From positions 21,213-85,212 of the forward strand of contig JAFWNE010000023.1 of the NCBI GenBank assembly GCA_017510505.1: DNA of 64,000 nt, in the 5' to 3' direction. Below the pieces are notes generated by a model, which was not told the origin of the DNA, searched no databases, and saw nothing but the letters and a program-made list of their open reading frames with translations. Origin of the DNA: Mogibacterium sp. (GTDB taxonomy: Bacteria; Bacillota; Clostridia; Peptostreptococcales; Anaerovoracaceae). Shown one piece after another: positions 1 to 8,964 of the stretch (within the stretch, counting starts at the first letter, position 1; every line of letters starts with the position of its first letter). The position numbers and the translations under genes were made by a program.

Positions 1-1181
1 CCTACAGGTACTTCCGCGCCCAGTCTGTCGCTCCATTCCCTTATCTGCCTGGCTGCCGCTCTCCACACGTAGTTGTCGAGGCGGTTTATAAGTCCGTTAG
101 TCTCAAAGGTGCTTATGAAGGCTCCCGGGCTTATGAAGCCGTATTCGGGATGTATCCACCTGACCAGAGCCTCAGCGCTGCAGAGCACCGGCTTGTCACC
201 CCTGATATCGAACTTCGGCTGGAAGTATACCTGGAACTGCTGCTTCTCAATAGCCTCAGGGAAGGCTACTATCAGCTGCTCGCTGTACATGTTCTTTTCG
301 TTCAGCTCGCTGTCATATGTCCCTATAGGCGTGGCATAGTTGCTCTTGACGGAATCAGCGGCCAGCTTTGCCCTGTCGAAGCGCCTTTCTATTTCAATGC
401 TCTTGTCCGCCTCAGGGTATACGCCCATCCTCAGCCTTACGATGCTTTCGGCATTGCCCTCTCCGGATATGCCTTCCGACAAAGTGCCAAACACCTTCTC
501 ATAATCATCGAGGTGCGGGCAGTAGACCATGAAGTGGTCTGCGTCTCTTCTGCATGCCAGTCCTCCGGCCTCTGCCGTCAGAGCGCCCAGCCTGTTTCCG
601 ATGCGCCTAAGGACCTCGTTGGAATAATCCTTGCCGTAGCGCTCATTTATCATGCGGAAGTGATTGATGTCGATAACTATCGCATCCATCAGGCTTTCGC
701 TGTTGTGAGCATCGCTGCGCTCAGCATATAGGTAGAAGAACTCCTTGTTATACAGCCCTGTCAGCTCGTCAAATTCGGTCTGTCCGATGATGACGCGCTT
801 TTCAAAAAGCTCTATGGTGTGGCGTATCCTAGCCTGTATGATCTTGATGTCCGGATACGGCTTAGGTATGAAGTCGGCTGCGCCTATGTCCAGGCACTCG
901 ACCTCAGCCTCTTTATCTGCCGTCAGGACTATGACAGGTATCCTGTGGACCTCCTCTTTTTCATTGATCATGTTAAGGATGTCCACGCCGTGCATGTCCG
1001 GAAGATTAAGATCCAGGAGGATAAGGCTCAGCCGGTCTCCGCTCTCTTCGATATGTTTGAGAGCCTGGCTTCCGTTTTCAGCCAGCAGAACGTCGTAATT
1101 CTGTTCGATCGTCATCTTGAGGATCTCGCGGCTTACGAATTCGTCCTCTACTATCAGGATCAGTTTCCTGTCATCTGTCAT
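1..1181 (-). CDS. Response regulator with receiver, degenerate GGDEF and EAL domains (c-di-GMP phosphodiesterase type); the C-terminus runs off the left edge of the window
   Basis: Not in the ORF track because it has no stop in the window. My minus-strand translation starts from the ATG at 1181-1179. It reads MTDDRKLILIVEDEFVSREIL...LLDLNLPDMHG (receiver), then ELTGLYNKEFF...LACRRDADHFMVY (the GGDEF position reads RRDADHF), then QVYFQPKFDI...SAEALVRWIHPEYGFISPGAFI (EAL). The plus-strand ORFs at 73-1232 are antisense shadows. Confidence 0.8.
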   Translation of the reverse strand, partial: MTDDRKLILIVEDEFVSREILKMTIEQNYDVLLAENGSQALKHIEESGDRLSLILLDLNLPDMHGVDILNMINEKEEVHRIPVIVLTADKEAEVECLDIGAADFIPKPYPDIKIIQARIRHTIELFEKRVIIGQTEFDELTGLYNKEFFYLYAERSDAHNSESLMDAIVIDINHFRMINERYGKDYSNEVLRRIGNRLGALTAEAGGLACRRDADHFMVYCPHLDDYEKVFGTLSEGISGEGNAESIVRLRMGVYPEADKSIEIERRFDRAKLAADSVKSNYATPIGTYDSELNEKNMYSEQLIVAFPEAIEKQQFQVYFQPKFDIRGDKPVLCSAEALVRWIHPEYGFISPGAFISTFETNGLINRLDNYVWRAAARQIREWSDRLGAEVPV

Positions 1182-1282
1182 TTGTTGCGATGTGTTGCTT
1201 TGCGCCATTTTTTGACCTCGCTCATCACGTAATATTCAATGATGATTATATACTATTTACGGCGGTTTTAGATAGCACAAAG

Positions 1283-1309
1283 AAAAAAGACTGCTTCCGC
1301 AGTCTTTTT
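1283..1309 (-). terminator. Intrinsic terminator downstream of the tRNA cluster
   Basis: The stem is GACTGC/GCAGTC with loop TTCC, flanked by an A-run and a T-run (aaaaaagactgcttccgcagtcttttt). On the minus strand it directly follows tRNA-Cys. Confidence 0.6.
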
Positions 1310-1310
1310 C

Positions 1311-1384
<74 letters not shown>

Positions 1385-1420
1385 TTATAGATGAGGGACT
1401 CGCTAGAGTCCCTCATTTCC

Positions 1421-1495
1421 TGGCTAGGGTAGTAGGATTCGAACCTACGAATGACGGAATCAGAATCCGTTGCCTTACCGCTTGGCTATACCCCA
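1421..1495 (-). tRNA. tRNA-Gln (CTG)
   Basis: The reverse complement is tggggtatagccaagcggtaaggcaacggattctgattccgtcattcgtaggttcgaatcctactaccctagcca. The anticodon stem is ACGGA/TCCGT and the loop is UUCUGAU. Confidence 0.8.
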
Positions 1496-1543
1496 TCAGC
1501 ATTGATATTGTAGCATATCGTTCAGTTGATTAAAAGAAGAAAT

Positions 1544-1620
1544 TGGGGTGGATGGTGGGATTCGAACCCACGAATACTGGAGCCACAACCCAGGGTCTTA
1601 ACCACTTGACGACACCCACC
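1544..1620 (-). tRNA. tRNA-His (GTG) with an encoded G-1
   Basis: The reverse complement is g-gtgggtgtcgtcaagtggttaagaccctgggttgtggctccag...ggttcgaatcccaccatccacccca. The anticodon loop is UUGUGGC. An extra 5' G sits opposite discriminator C, as is typical for His. Confidence 0.85.
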
Positions 1621-1639
1621 ACGGGTCTTTTAAAAAAAA

Positions 1640-1716
1640 TGGCGACCGGGAACGGGCTCGAACCGTCGACCTCCAGCGTGACAGGCTGGCATTCTAACCA
1701 GCTGAACTACCCGGCC
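1640..1716 (-). tRNA. tRNA-Asp (GTC)
   Basis: The reverse complement is ggccgggtagttcagctggttagaatgccagcctgtcacgctggaggtcgacggttcgagcccgttcccggtcgcca. The anticodon loop is CUGUCAC. Confidence 0.85.
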
Positions 1717-1722
1717 GCGTAA

Positions 1723-1798
1723 TGGTGGGACCAATAGGGCTCGAACCTATGACCCCCTGCTTGTAAGGCAGGTGCTCTCCCAGCTGAGCTATGATCCC
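1723..1798 (-). tRNA. tRNA-Val (TAC)
   Basis: The reverse complement is gggatcatagctcagctgggagagcacctgccttacaagcagggggtcataggttcgagccctattggtcccacca. The anticodon loop is CUUACAA. Confidence 0.85.
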
Positions 1799-1803
1799 AC
1801 ATC

Positions 1804-1880
1804 TGGTAGCGGCGACTGGACTTGAACCAGTGACCTTCCGGGTATGAACCGGACGCTCTAGCCAGCTAAGCTACGCCGCC
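1804..1880 (-). tRNA. tRNA with a CAT anticodon (elongator Met, or Ile via lysidine; the sequence alone does not distinguish them)
   Basis: The reverse complement is ggcggcgtagcttagctggctagagcgtccggttcatacccggaaggtcactggttcaagtccagtcgccgctacca. The anticodon loop is UUCAUAC. It lacks the three consecutive G-C pairs in the anticodon stem expected of an initiator tRNA. Confidence 0.75.
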
Positions 1881-2016
1881 GCATCGCGTGATTTCCTTAA
1901 TCGCGCTTGATTATACTAACAAAAGTAAAAAGCCTTGTCAACAAATTTCACAAATTTGTGTTATACTATTGCAGTGTCTGTTACAGACTCAAAACAGATC
2001 AAACAGGAGGTTCTGA

Positions 2017-2757
2017 ATGGGTCATCCCGATCCTATAGCGTTCACCATATTCGGCATCGACATAAGATGGTACGGCATCCTTATAGCATGCGGAATGCTG
2101 CTCGCCGTTCTTTTGTCATGCAGGAGAGCTCCGCGCCACGGCTTCACCGGCGATGACGTGCTGGATATAGCCCTCTGGATGCTCCCTATCGGTGTCATAG
2201 GAGCCAGAGCCTATTACGTCCTGTTCAACCTTGACTATTATACAACACTCAGGTCAATGCTCGACATCAGGAGCGGCGGACTGGCGATACACGGCGGACT
2301 CATATTCGGCATACTCACCGTTATAGTGATCGCGAGGCGGAAGAATATTGAACCGCTTAACGTTCTGGACTGTTTCATCCCTACAGTAGCTCTGGCCCAG
2401 GCCATCGGCAGATGGGGCAACTTCTTCAACGGCGAAGCTCACGGCGGTCCAACCGACCTGCCCTGGGCCATACTGGTCGACGGCGAGATGGTACACCCTA
2501 CCTTCCTTTATGAATCGATATGGTGCGTGATACTCTTCTTTGCGCTCAGCTGGTTCGATAAAAACAAAAGGACTGCGCATGGCCAGACCCTTTCGCTGTA
2601 TCTCATATTCTATTCTCTTGAGCGTTTCTTTGTGGAGTCGCTCCGTACGGACTCACTGATGATAGGTCCGTTCAGGCAGGCTCAGGTCATCAGCGTTTGC
2701 GCCATAGTCTTCGGCATATTGCTCTACAGATACTCAAGCAAAAACAAGCGCATATGA
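2017..2757 (+). CDS. lgt: Prolipoprotein diacylglyceryl transferase
   Basis: 246 aa. An AGGAGG ribosome-binding site lies upstream of the ATG. Motifs IRWYGILIACG, HGGLIFG and GRWGNFFNGEAHG are typical of Lgt. Confidence 0.9.
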   Translation: MGHPDPIAFTIFGIDIRWYGILIACGMLLAVLLSCRRAPRHGFTGDDVLDIALWMLPIGVIGARAYYVLFNLDYYTTLRSMLDIRSGGLAIHGGLIFGILTVIVIARRKNIEPLNVLDCFIPTVALAQAIGRWGNFFNGEAHGGPTDLPWAILVDGEMVHPTFLYESIWCVILFFALSWFDKNKRTAHGQTLSLYLIFYSLERFFVESLRTDSLMIGPFRQAQVISVCAIVFGILLYRYSSKNKRI

Positions 2758-2776
2758 TTTTATAATCGTAATACAT

Positions 2777-2806
2777 AAAGAGAAGGCCGCGGCCTTCTCT
2801 TTTTAC
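2777..2806 (+). terminator. Intrinsic terminator after lgt
   Basis: aaagagaagg-ccgcgg-ccttctcttt followed by a T-run, starting about 20 nt after the lgt stop. Confidence 0.75.
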
Positions 2807-2837
2807 TTACAAATGCAGCCACAGAATTCCATATCAT

Positions 2838-2876
2838 CAAAAAATGAAAGAAACCGCAAGGGGTGCGGTCTCTTTC
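2838..2876 (-). terminator. Probable intrinsic terminator downstream of ychF
   Basis: On the minus strand it reads gaaagagaccgca-cccct-tgcggtttctttc followed by attttttg. It lies about 160 nt after the ychF stop. A second clean hairpin (ataggatcgc-ttct-gcgatccctat, 2900-2924) lies between them. Confidence 0.5.
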
Positions 2877-3033
2877 GAAAAAGGGTATTGGGACTAGAGA
2901 TAGGATCGCTTCTGCGATCCCTATTTGCATTATAAAGGCCCTTATGACCTTTTTCAATGATTGTGTACTTCAAAAAAACAATATCCGTGCTTTAAGTACA
3001 ATCTGAACCTCAAAAGCTTGAATTGTCAACCCT

Positions 3034-4128
3034 TTAGACATTGAAGAGGAAGTGCATGACGTCGCCGTCCTTTACGACGTACTCCTTTCCTTCCGACCTG
3101 AGCCATCCTTTTTCCTTGGCTGCGGATATCTTTCCGCCCACCTCCATGAGTTTGTCATAGGATATGGTCTCAGCGCGGATAAAGCCCTTTTCAAAGTCCG
3201 TATGGATCTTTCCTGCAGCCTGAGGCGCCAGTGTGCCGCGCTTTATCGTCCATGCCCTGGTCTCATCCTCACCTGTCGTGAGGAAGCTTATGAGATCGAG
3301 CAATGCGTAGGATGATTTGATCAGCTTATCGAGTCCGGATTCTTCTATGCCAAGCTCTTCAAGGAACATTTCCCTCTCGTCGTCTTCGAGTTCAGCCAGT
3401 TCCGCCTCTACCTTGGCGCTGATGACTACGACTTCCGAACCCTCATTGGCGGCATATTCCCTTACAGCCTTCACGTATTCGTTGTCCTCTCCGGACGCTT
3501 CATCCTCAGCTACATTAGCAGCGTATATGACAGGCTTATATGTCAGAAGGTCAAGCGACTTCACGAAAGCCGCTTCCTCATCGCTGAGATCTTCTATTTC
3601 TCTTGCGCGCCTGCCTTCGGAAAGGAGGTCATAGATGCGCTTCAGAAGATCCAGCTCCCCTCTTGCCGACTTGTCGGCCTTGGCCTGTTTCTCGGTTTTT
3701 GCTATCCTGCGCTCCATGACTTCCATGTCAGCGATTATGAGCTCGGTGTTAATGACATCGATGTCGTTTACAGGATCGATCCTTCCGTCTACATGCACCA
3801 CGTTATCATCTACGAAGCATCTGACTACATGGACTATGGCTTCTACTTCCCTGATGTGTCCGAGAAATTTGTTGCCCAGTCCCTCGCCCTTAGACGCGCC
3901 CTTTACAAGGCCTGCGATATCGCTGAATTCTATTGTAGTGTAAATGGTCTTCCTTGAGTTATAGACCTTTGAGAGCGTAGTTACGCGCTCGTCAGGCACT
4001 GTTACCACGCCTACGTTAGGCTCTATGGTACAGAACGGATAGTTTGCCGCCTCAGCGCCCGCCTTTGTGATGGCGTTGAACAGTGTGCTCTTGCCTACGT
4101 TAGGAAGTCCTACGATTCCGAGTTTCAT
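3034..4128 (-). CDS. ychF: Ribosome-binding ATPase YchF (OLA1 family GTPase-like)
   Basis: 364 aa. It has an N-terminal P-loop ([19 protein letters not shown]) and a C-terminal TGS-like end ([29 protein letters not shown]...VMHFLFNV). Confidence 0.92.
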   Translation of the reverse strand: MKLGIVGLPNVGKSTLFNAITKAGAEAANYPFCTIEPNVGVVTVPDERVTTLSKVYNSRKTIYTTIEFSDIAGLVKGASKGEGLGNKFLGHIREVEAIVHVVRCFVDDNVVHVDGRIDPVNDIDVINTELIIADMEVMERRIAKTEKQAKADKSARGELDLLKRIYDLLSEGRRAREIEDLSDEEAAFVKSLDLLTYKPVIYAANVAEDEASGEDNEYVKAVREYAANEGSEVVVISAKVEAELAELEDDEREMFLEELGIEESGLDKLIKSSYALLDLISFLTTGEDETRAWTIKRGTLAPQAAGKIHTDFEKGFIRAETISYDKLMEVGGKISAAKEKGWLRSEGKEYVVKDGDVMHFLFNV

Positions 4129-4193
4129 TTTGTCATATCTCCTTTTCTGTATGCCGATTTACTCTATCACGAAGATAAGTTAAAATCAAACAG

Positions 4194-5195
4194 ATGAAAG
4201 TTTTTACAAGAGACTACAGGATAACAGGCGAATACCACCCTCTTTGGGGAGATTATTTCGATGGCATGGAGCCATGCGTATTGGACATAGAGGCTACCGG
4301 CCTTGACCGCAGCAGATGCAAGGCCGTGCTCATCGGTCTTTTGATGCACACGGACAAGGGCGTCACTATCACACAGTTTCTTGCGGAGAACCATTATGAA
4401 GAAGATAAGGTACTGGACGCCGCGATGGACTATCTTGAGAAAAACAACGCGGGCTATCTGGTGACATACAACGGCTGTGCCTATGACGTCCCTTTCCTGA
4501 ATGCGAGGCTGGATGCCAACTTCATGGGCAGACACATCGGGATGTATCATTTTGACCTGTACAGGTTCCTCTGCAAGTGTACGGATATGAGAAAACGCGT
4601 TGAAAGGATGAGCCAGATGTCCATAGAAGACCACTACGGCATATTCTCAGACCGCAGAGACACCATCACAGGTCGCGAAAGCGTTGCTCTATTTGATCAG
4701 TACGCTCTGTCCGGCAACAGTACGGTAGAAAAGATAATACTGACTCATAACCGGGAAGACGTGCTGCACCTTCACAGGCTTATGTATCTCACGCTTGCTG
4801 AGGTGCCTGATATCCATCAGGCACTGGCCGTTTACGGCCTCCCTGCCGCGGGCGGCAGGCTCAGCGTCAGACATACGATAAAAAGAGCTGCTTCAGGCAA
4901 AAAAGCGGACCCAGTCCTGAAGATATCAGGCGAACAGATAAAGGATCCTGTATCCTGCGCGTATTTCCCTGACGGAAACAGTCCTGTAACAGCTGTATTC
5001 AATTCACAGAGCCGCTCATTCGAGATAGATGTGCCTGTAAACACTCATCCGGAATCGTTGTTCATGGACACATCTCTCCTTGGCGCTGACGCGTTCAGGG
5101 ATGATCCGGACTGTGTCAACAACTACCTGATACTCAACGCGCGTACAACGAATCTTGTCTCACGCTATCTTGCTGAAAAGTATTACGATATGTAA
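4194..5195 (+). CDS. RNase H-like / 3'-5' exonuclease-fold protein (YprB-like)
   Basis: 333 aa. It contains the DIEATGLD acidic motif near the N-terminus, with later YNG..YDVPFL and H...D motifs typical of DEDD-type exonuclease-like proteins. No clear ribosome-binding site is present. Confidence 0.55.
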   Translation: MKVFTRDYRITGEYHPLWGDYFDGMEPCVLDIEATGLDRSRCKAVLIGLLMHTDKGVTITQFLAENHYEEDKVLDAAMDYLEKNNAGYLVTYNGCAYDVPFLNARLDANFMGRHIGMYHFDLYRFLCKCTDMRKRVERMSQMSIEDHYGIFSDRRDTITGRESVALFDQYALSGNSTVEKIILTHNREDVLHLHRLMYLTLAEVPDIHQALAVYGLPAAGGRLSVRHTIKRAASGKKADPVLKISGEQIKDPVSCAYFPDGNSPVTAVFNSQSRSFEIDVPVNTHPESLFMDTSLLGADAFRDDPDCVNNYLILNARTTNLVSRYLAEKYYDM

Positions 5196-5209
5196 AGTTT
5201 TCTTTACAT
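5190..5209. repeat. Palindromic motif, copy a: ATGTAAAG-TTTT-CTTTACAT
   Basis: Perfect 8-bp arms. The TAA inside the left arm is the stop codon of the 4194..5195 gene. Confidence 0.9.
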
Positions 5210-5277
5210 AATTGCGCATAATAAATGCTGCCCTTCTGAGGTGAACTAGTCAACAGAAAGTAGACAGTTTAAAAAAG

Positions 5278-6126
5278 TCATACAAAGCCCATTTCAGTCT
5301 TGTACTGGACTGGGCTTTTGTAGTGCAGTGCATAGGCTGGCCGCTCATTGTTGTAATAACTGATGTATTCTTTGATCATTTCTTCGGCGGAATCAAATCT
5401 CCTGTACCATCCTTCAGAGTAGATTTCATCTTTGATCCAGCCATTTATCGCTTCAATCACTGGGTTGTCAGTTGGAGTTCCTGCTCGCGACATTGAACGG
5501 ATTATGTTAGAATTCTTATGAGCGTTGAAGAACGCTTCGGAGGAATAGACAGATCCTTGGTCGGTGTGCAAAATGACGGGAAATGCCTGTTCCTTTGTTT
5601 TTTCCATCAAATCTTCCAAGCATCGGAAATACGGCCGTCTATCTCCAACAACATTAGTTATGTGACTAGAGATTATCTCATTGTTGAAAGCATCCAGAAG
5701 ATATGTCCACTCATAGCGGGCTCCCTTGTGCCTGATCATTGTCATATCCGAAGCTATAAGTTTCATCGGCGCGTCCACTTCCCATTTTCCTCTGACTAAA
5801 TTAGGGAATCGTTTATGCTCTTGCCCAAGCTGAGGACGACTCCAGTTGTAGTGAGTAACCTTCGCCTTTATCCCTGCAAACTTACAGCATTTGTGGGCCA
5901 GATTGTCTGAGAACAGCCATCCGGTTTCATTTCTAACCATTTGAGCCAGTCTATGGTATCCATATGATCTGTGCTTCTTATGCGCTCCGGCCAACAGTTC
6001 AGTGAGCACTTCTCGATCCTTCTCATAACGATTCTTTGTTCCTTTGCGTGCAGCCCACTTGTAATATCCGGATCTGTTTACGTTCATCTCACGGCACAGC
6101 TCTGCTACCGGATATTGTTCCCTCAA
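5278..6126 (-). CDS. IS3-family transposase OrfB (DDE integrase core), normally expressed as an OrfAB fusion
   Basis: 282 aa. It contains HTDQGSVYSS...TPTDNPVIEAINGWIKDE (DDE/rve type). Its reading frame stays open upstream back to the A7 slippery run in orfA. Confidence 0.9.
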   Translation of the reverse strand: MREQYPVAELCREMNVNRSGYYKWAARKGTKNRYEKDREVLTELLAGAHKKHRSYGYHRLAQMVRNETGWLFSDNLAHKCCKFAGIKAKVTHYNWSRPQLGQEHKRFPNLVRGKWEVDAPMKLIASDMTMIRHKGARYEWTYLLDAFNNEIISSHITNVVGDRRPYFRCLEDLMEKTKEQAFPVILHTDQGSVYSSEAFFNAHKNSNIIRSMSRAGTPTDNPVIEAINGWIKDEIYSEGWYRRFDSAEEMIKEYISYYNNERPAYALHYKSPVQYKTEMGFV

Positions 6127-6134
6127 TATGTCTA

Positions 6135-6554
6135 TTATTTGGAATTCAAGTCTTTTGTAGTAACGAATTCCTTGCCGGCACCAACTCCTTTCACTATATA
6201 TCCTTTTTTTAACCGTTCATTCTCTATCTGCAGTTTCTCAACCAACAGTTCAAGCCGTTCCTTCTCAGTCAGAGATTTGCTGCTATGGAGTGCAGAAAAA
6301 TGATTCCCCCGCCGAAGCTTCTCCGGATTCAATGCATCAATCCCGCCGCTTCTATACCGTCGAATCCAGGTTTCCAACGTTCCTTTTGGCACGCCTGAAT
6401 CTCTTGCTAACGTGCGTACAGGTATATGATCTTCCTCACACATGAGAACATATTTCAGTCTCTCCTCGTTGGTCCATTGCCTGTTCTTTCCGCCTTTTGC
6501 TCTTCCCATGAAACCACCTCCTTGAATAAATCCTAGCATAAGAAAAGTAGACAT
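6135..6554 (-). CDS. IS3-family transposase OrfA (helix-turn-helix)
   Basis: 139 aa. It has an HTH region (PVRTLARDSGVPKGTLETWIRRY) and a leucine-zipper-like C-terminus (LLVEKLQIENERLKKG). Confidence 0.88.
   Translation of the reverse strand: MSTFLMLGFIQGGGFMGRAKGGKNRQWTNEERLKYVLMCEEDHIPVRTLARDSGVPKGTLETWIRRYRSGGIDALNPEKLRRGNHFSALHSSKSLTEKERLELLVEKLQIENERLKKGYIVKGVGAGKEFVTTKDLNSK
6204..6210 (-). other. Programmed -1 ribosomal frameshift slippery run (A AAA AAA G) joining orfA to orfB
   Basis: The minus strand reads ttAAAAAAAgga (codons L-K-K-G of OrfA). Shifting -1 here gives an open frame KKRIYSERSWCRQGIRYYKRLEFQIIDILREQYP that runs into OrfB. The frame arithmetic is consistent: orfA first bases are 2 mod 3 and orfB first bases are 0 mod 3. 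Confidence 0.75.
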
Positions 6555-6627
6555 GCCTTTTTTAACATGTCTACTTTCATCTTACTAGTTCACCCTTCTG
6601 AGGCAGCATTTTGATTTGCATTCACTT

Positions 6628-7632
6628 TTATCCGTCTATTTTGTGGATGTCCGAGAATCCTCTTCCCACTCCCCATACGGACTTGACACTGATTACCGAA
6701 ACGAAGGACTTCGGATCTTCCTTGGCCAGGTGCCTTTTTATAAGAAAGCTCTCGCGTGGCGAGCAGAGTATCTTGAGCTGCTTTCTCTTGTCTCCTGTAT
6801 ACTCTCCGGTGATCTCAATACTTGAAACACCGCGGCCGAGTTCATTCATTATGAAATCGGTCAGAGCATCTGCATCACCAGGGATGATATCCAGCTCTAC
6901 TATCTTATTGCTGAGACCGTACATAACAGCCTCGCTTACTCTCATCGACATGTAAATGATGATTACAGCGTAGAGAGCAATATTTACTCCGAATACGAAC
7001 GCGCTGGCTATTACGATCAGGGAGTTGATCGCGAAAGTTATGTCGTTTATGCCAAGATGAGGCAGCCAGCGGAACTTGATGACCTTAGCGAGAGAATCGG
7101 TCCCGCCCGATGAGAAGCCGGCTCTGAACGTGAGTCCTCCAGAAATACCCATTACTACACCGCAGAATACCGAAACAAGGAAAAGGTCATCGCTCTTTAC
7201 GATAACTACATTATTGACTTCAAGTACGAACATCACGATCGGGTAAGTCAAGGACATCAGAAGTATCTTTCTGACCTCCTTCCACCCAAGAAATATCCAT
7301 ACTATCGCGGTTATGATAAGAGCCAAAGCATAGTAAACAAGCGAATAGTTCCAGTGTGTGTAGTTTTGTATGATCCTTGCGATACCTGTGATGCCGCCAA
7401 AAGTCAGCCCGTTTGGGATCATGATGGATACCGTCGCGAGCGAGCCCATTACAACTCCAAGAAGCGCCATCCCTATCTCACGTGCTCTGATCCGGAGCTT
7501 TGAATGTCCGTGAAATTCAGGGTCATGAAAATATCTGGCGTTTGCCTCCTTGTTTTCTGCGACCTCTTTCTCGAGCTTCCTGTCAAGGCTGCTCATAGCT
7601 ATATCTGCTTTTTTCTTTTCTTTATCACTCAT
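6628..7632 (-). CDS. YitT-family membrane protein (multi-pass membrane domain plus a DUF2179-like C-terminal domain), paralog 1
   Basis: 334 aa. It contains GGITGIARI, SGGTDSLAKVIKFRW and a C-terminal soluble domain, and is paralogous to 49717..50616. Confidence 0.75.
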   Translation of the reverse strand: MSDKEKKKADIAMSSLDRKLEKEVAENKEANARYFHDPEFHGHSKLRIRAREIGMALLGVVMGSLATVSIMIPNGLTFGGITGIARIIQNYTHWNYSLVYYALALIITAIVWIFLGWKEVRKILLMSLTYPIVMFVLEVNNVVIVKSDDLFLVSVFCGVVMGISGGLTFRAGFSSGGTDSLAKVIKFRWLPHLGINDITFAINSLIVIASAFVFGVNIALYAVIIIYMSMRVSEAVMYGLSNKIVELDIIPGDADALTDFIMNELGRGVSSIEITGEYTGDKRKQLKILCSPRESFLIKRHLAKEDPKSFVSVISVKSVWGVGRGFSDIHKIDG

Positions 7633-7644
7633 TTTTTATTGTGA

Positions 7645-8964
7645 TCATCCTTCCATGACAAAGGATGCTTCATACTCCTTGCCGAAAATGTCAACAACGA
7701 CAGCCTCAAAGCTGCCGCCCGAGATGAAGCTCATGCTTTCATCATCAGCGTCAAATACGTTTTTAGCCTCAAAGGTTCCGTCGTATTCGGGATCTATTAT
7801 CACATGGTCCGCAAACTGCAGTCTGTCAGCCTTCAGCGCGTTTTCTACATGTATGCGGTCCTTCATCTGCACTGATCCGGTATCTATGTCCGGCACCAGA
7901 TCGATGAGCCTGCACTTGTACAGGTCTCTTCCGTCCTCAAGACGGTCAACGCTCAGTATGGCTATGTCAGCCCTGCCCCTCTGAAGCTTGACCGGCTCTT
8001 GTCTCATGAATTCGAACTTCGCGCCGGCCTTTCTGAGCCTGCGCCTTGCCATCGAAGTCGCTATCTCCTCGCTGTCGCAGCCTATCCACCTTCTGCCGAG
8101 CATCTGGGCAGCCTCAAGCAGGCTTCCGCTTCCGCAGAAGAAATCGCCCGCGAGGTCGCCCTCTTCCGTCGACGCCAGAACAATGCGCTTCATGAGTTCA
8201 AGCGGTTTCTGAGTGGCGTAGCCTGTACGTTCGGACGAGGTTCGTCCTACCATGTCTATGCTCCAGACGTCCTTCATGTTTACGAGAGTGTACCAGCCGC
8301 CCTCGTCCTTGTACTCCGCGACGCCCCTGAACCTGTAAGGTTTGCGGTCTCTGTTATAGGACTTTTCCTTCGGAACGTCAAGATAATATTTTGAAGTTTT
8401 TGAATATACAAGGATGCTGTCGTGCTTTCTGGCGAAATGGCGCTTGCCTGATCCGCCCGACTTATACTGCCAGATGATCTCGTTGACGAAGTTCTTCTCT
8501 CCCATCAGCTCGTCAAGCACAAGCTTGATGTAATGCGACGAATGCCAGTCAAGGTGTATCCACATGAGACCGTCATCCGCCAGAAGATCCTTCATCAGCA
8601 GCAGGCGGACGGCCATGTTCTCAATATAGTATTCGAGGCTGCGGTCGAACTTGTCGTCGTATGCCAGATGGTGCACCTTGTGGCTGGCTCCGGCGCTGTC
8701 TTTTACGCTGACAGAGGCGTTGAAGCTTGAGCGCGTAAAGAAAGGCGGATCGATATAGATCAGCCTGAAAGCGCCCGCATAGCCCCTCGAGAGCAGTCCC
8801 TTCATGTATTCGAGGTTGTCGCCCAGGCACAGTTCGTTTGCACCTGTCATGCCGTCTTCTGCAAGTGAAGGAGAGCCATGCACTTCCTCGTACATGGCTC
8901 TGCCCTTTTTAAGTCCTTCAAGAATCTGTTCTGTCGTTGTCATATCAGTTGAGTACTTCGACAC
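7645..8964 (-). CDS. Site-specific DNA methyltransferase, amino-MTase beta class (N6-adenine or N4-cytosine), with a C-terminal extension of about 130 aa and unknown function
   Basis: 439 aa. Motif IV, IYIDPPFF, precedes the AdoMet motif I, FFCGSGSLLEAA; this order defines the beta class. No endonuclease gene is adjacent. Confidence 0.8.
   Translation of the reverse strand: MSKYSTDMTTTEQILEGLKKGRAMYEEVHGSPSLAEDGMTGANELCLGDNLEYMKGLLSRGYAGAFRLIYIDPPFFTRSSFNASVSVKDSAGASHKVHHLAYDDKFDRSLEYYIENMAVRLLLMKDLLADDGLMWIHLDWHSSHYIKLVLDELMGEKNFVNEIIWQYKSGGSGKRHFARKHDSILVYSKTSKYYLDVPKEKSYNRDRKPYRFRGVAEYKDEGGWYTLVNMKDVWSIDMVGRTSSERTGYATQKPLELMKRIVLASTEEGDLAGDFFCGSGSLLEAAQMLGRRWIGCDSEEIATSMARRRLRKAGAKFEFMRQEPVKLQRGRADIAILSVDRLEDGRDLYKCRLIDLVPDIDTGSVQMKDRIHVENALKADRLQFADHVIIDPEYDGTFEAKNVFDADDESMSFISGGSFEAVVVDIFGKEYEASFVMEG

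Larger units (their letters stand above)
5242..6592 (-). mobile_element. Intact IS3-family insertion sequence (about 1.35 kb) with orfA/orfB and a -1 frameshift site
   Basis: The ends are TG...CA. The imperfect terminal inverted repeats are about 36 bp (TGAACTAGTCAACAGAAAGTAGACAG versus the reverse complement TGAACTAGTAAGATGAAAGTAGACAT). An identical 11-bp sequence, cccttctgagg, flanks both ends (5231-5241 and 6593-6603). Confidence 0.88.

Noticed and set aside
2760-2957. A 65-aa minus-strand ORF in the lgt-ychF intergenic region
   Set aside because: It uses a TTG start, has no ribosome-binding site, and spans three terminator-like hairpins. It is more likely non-coding.
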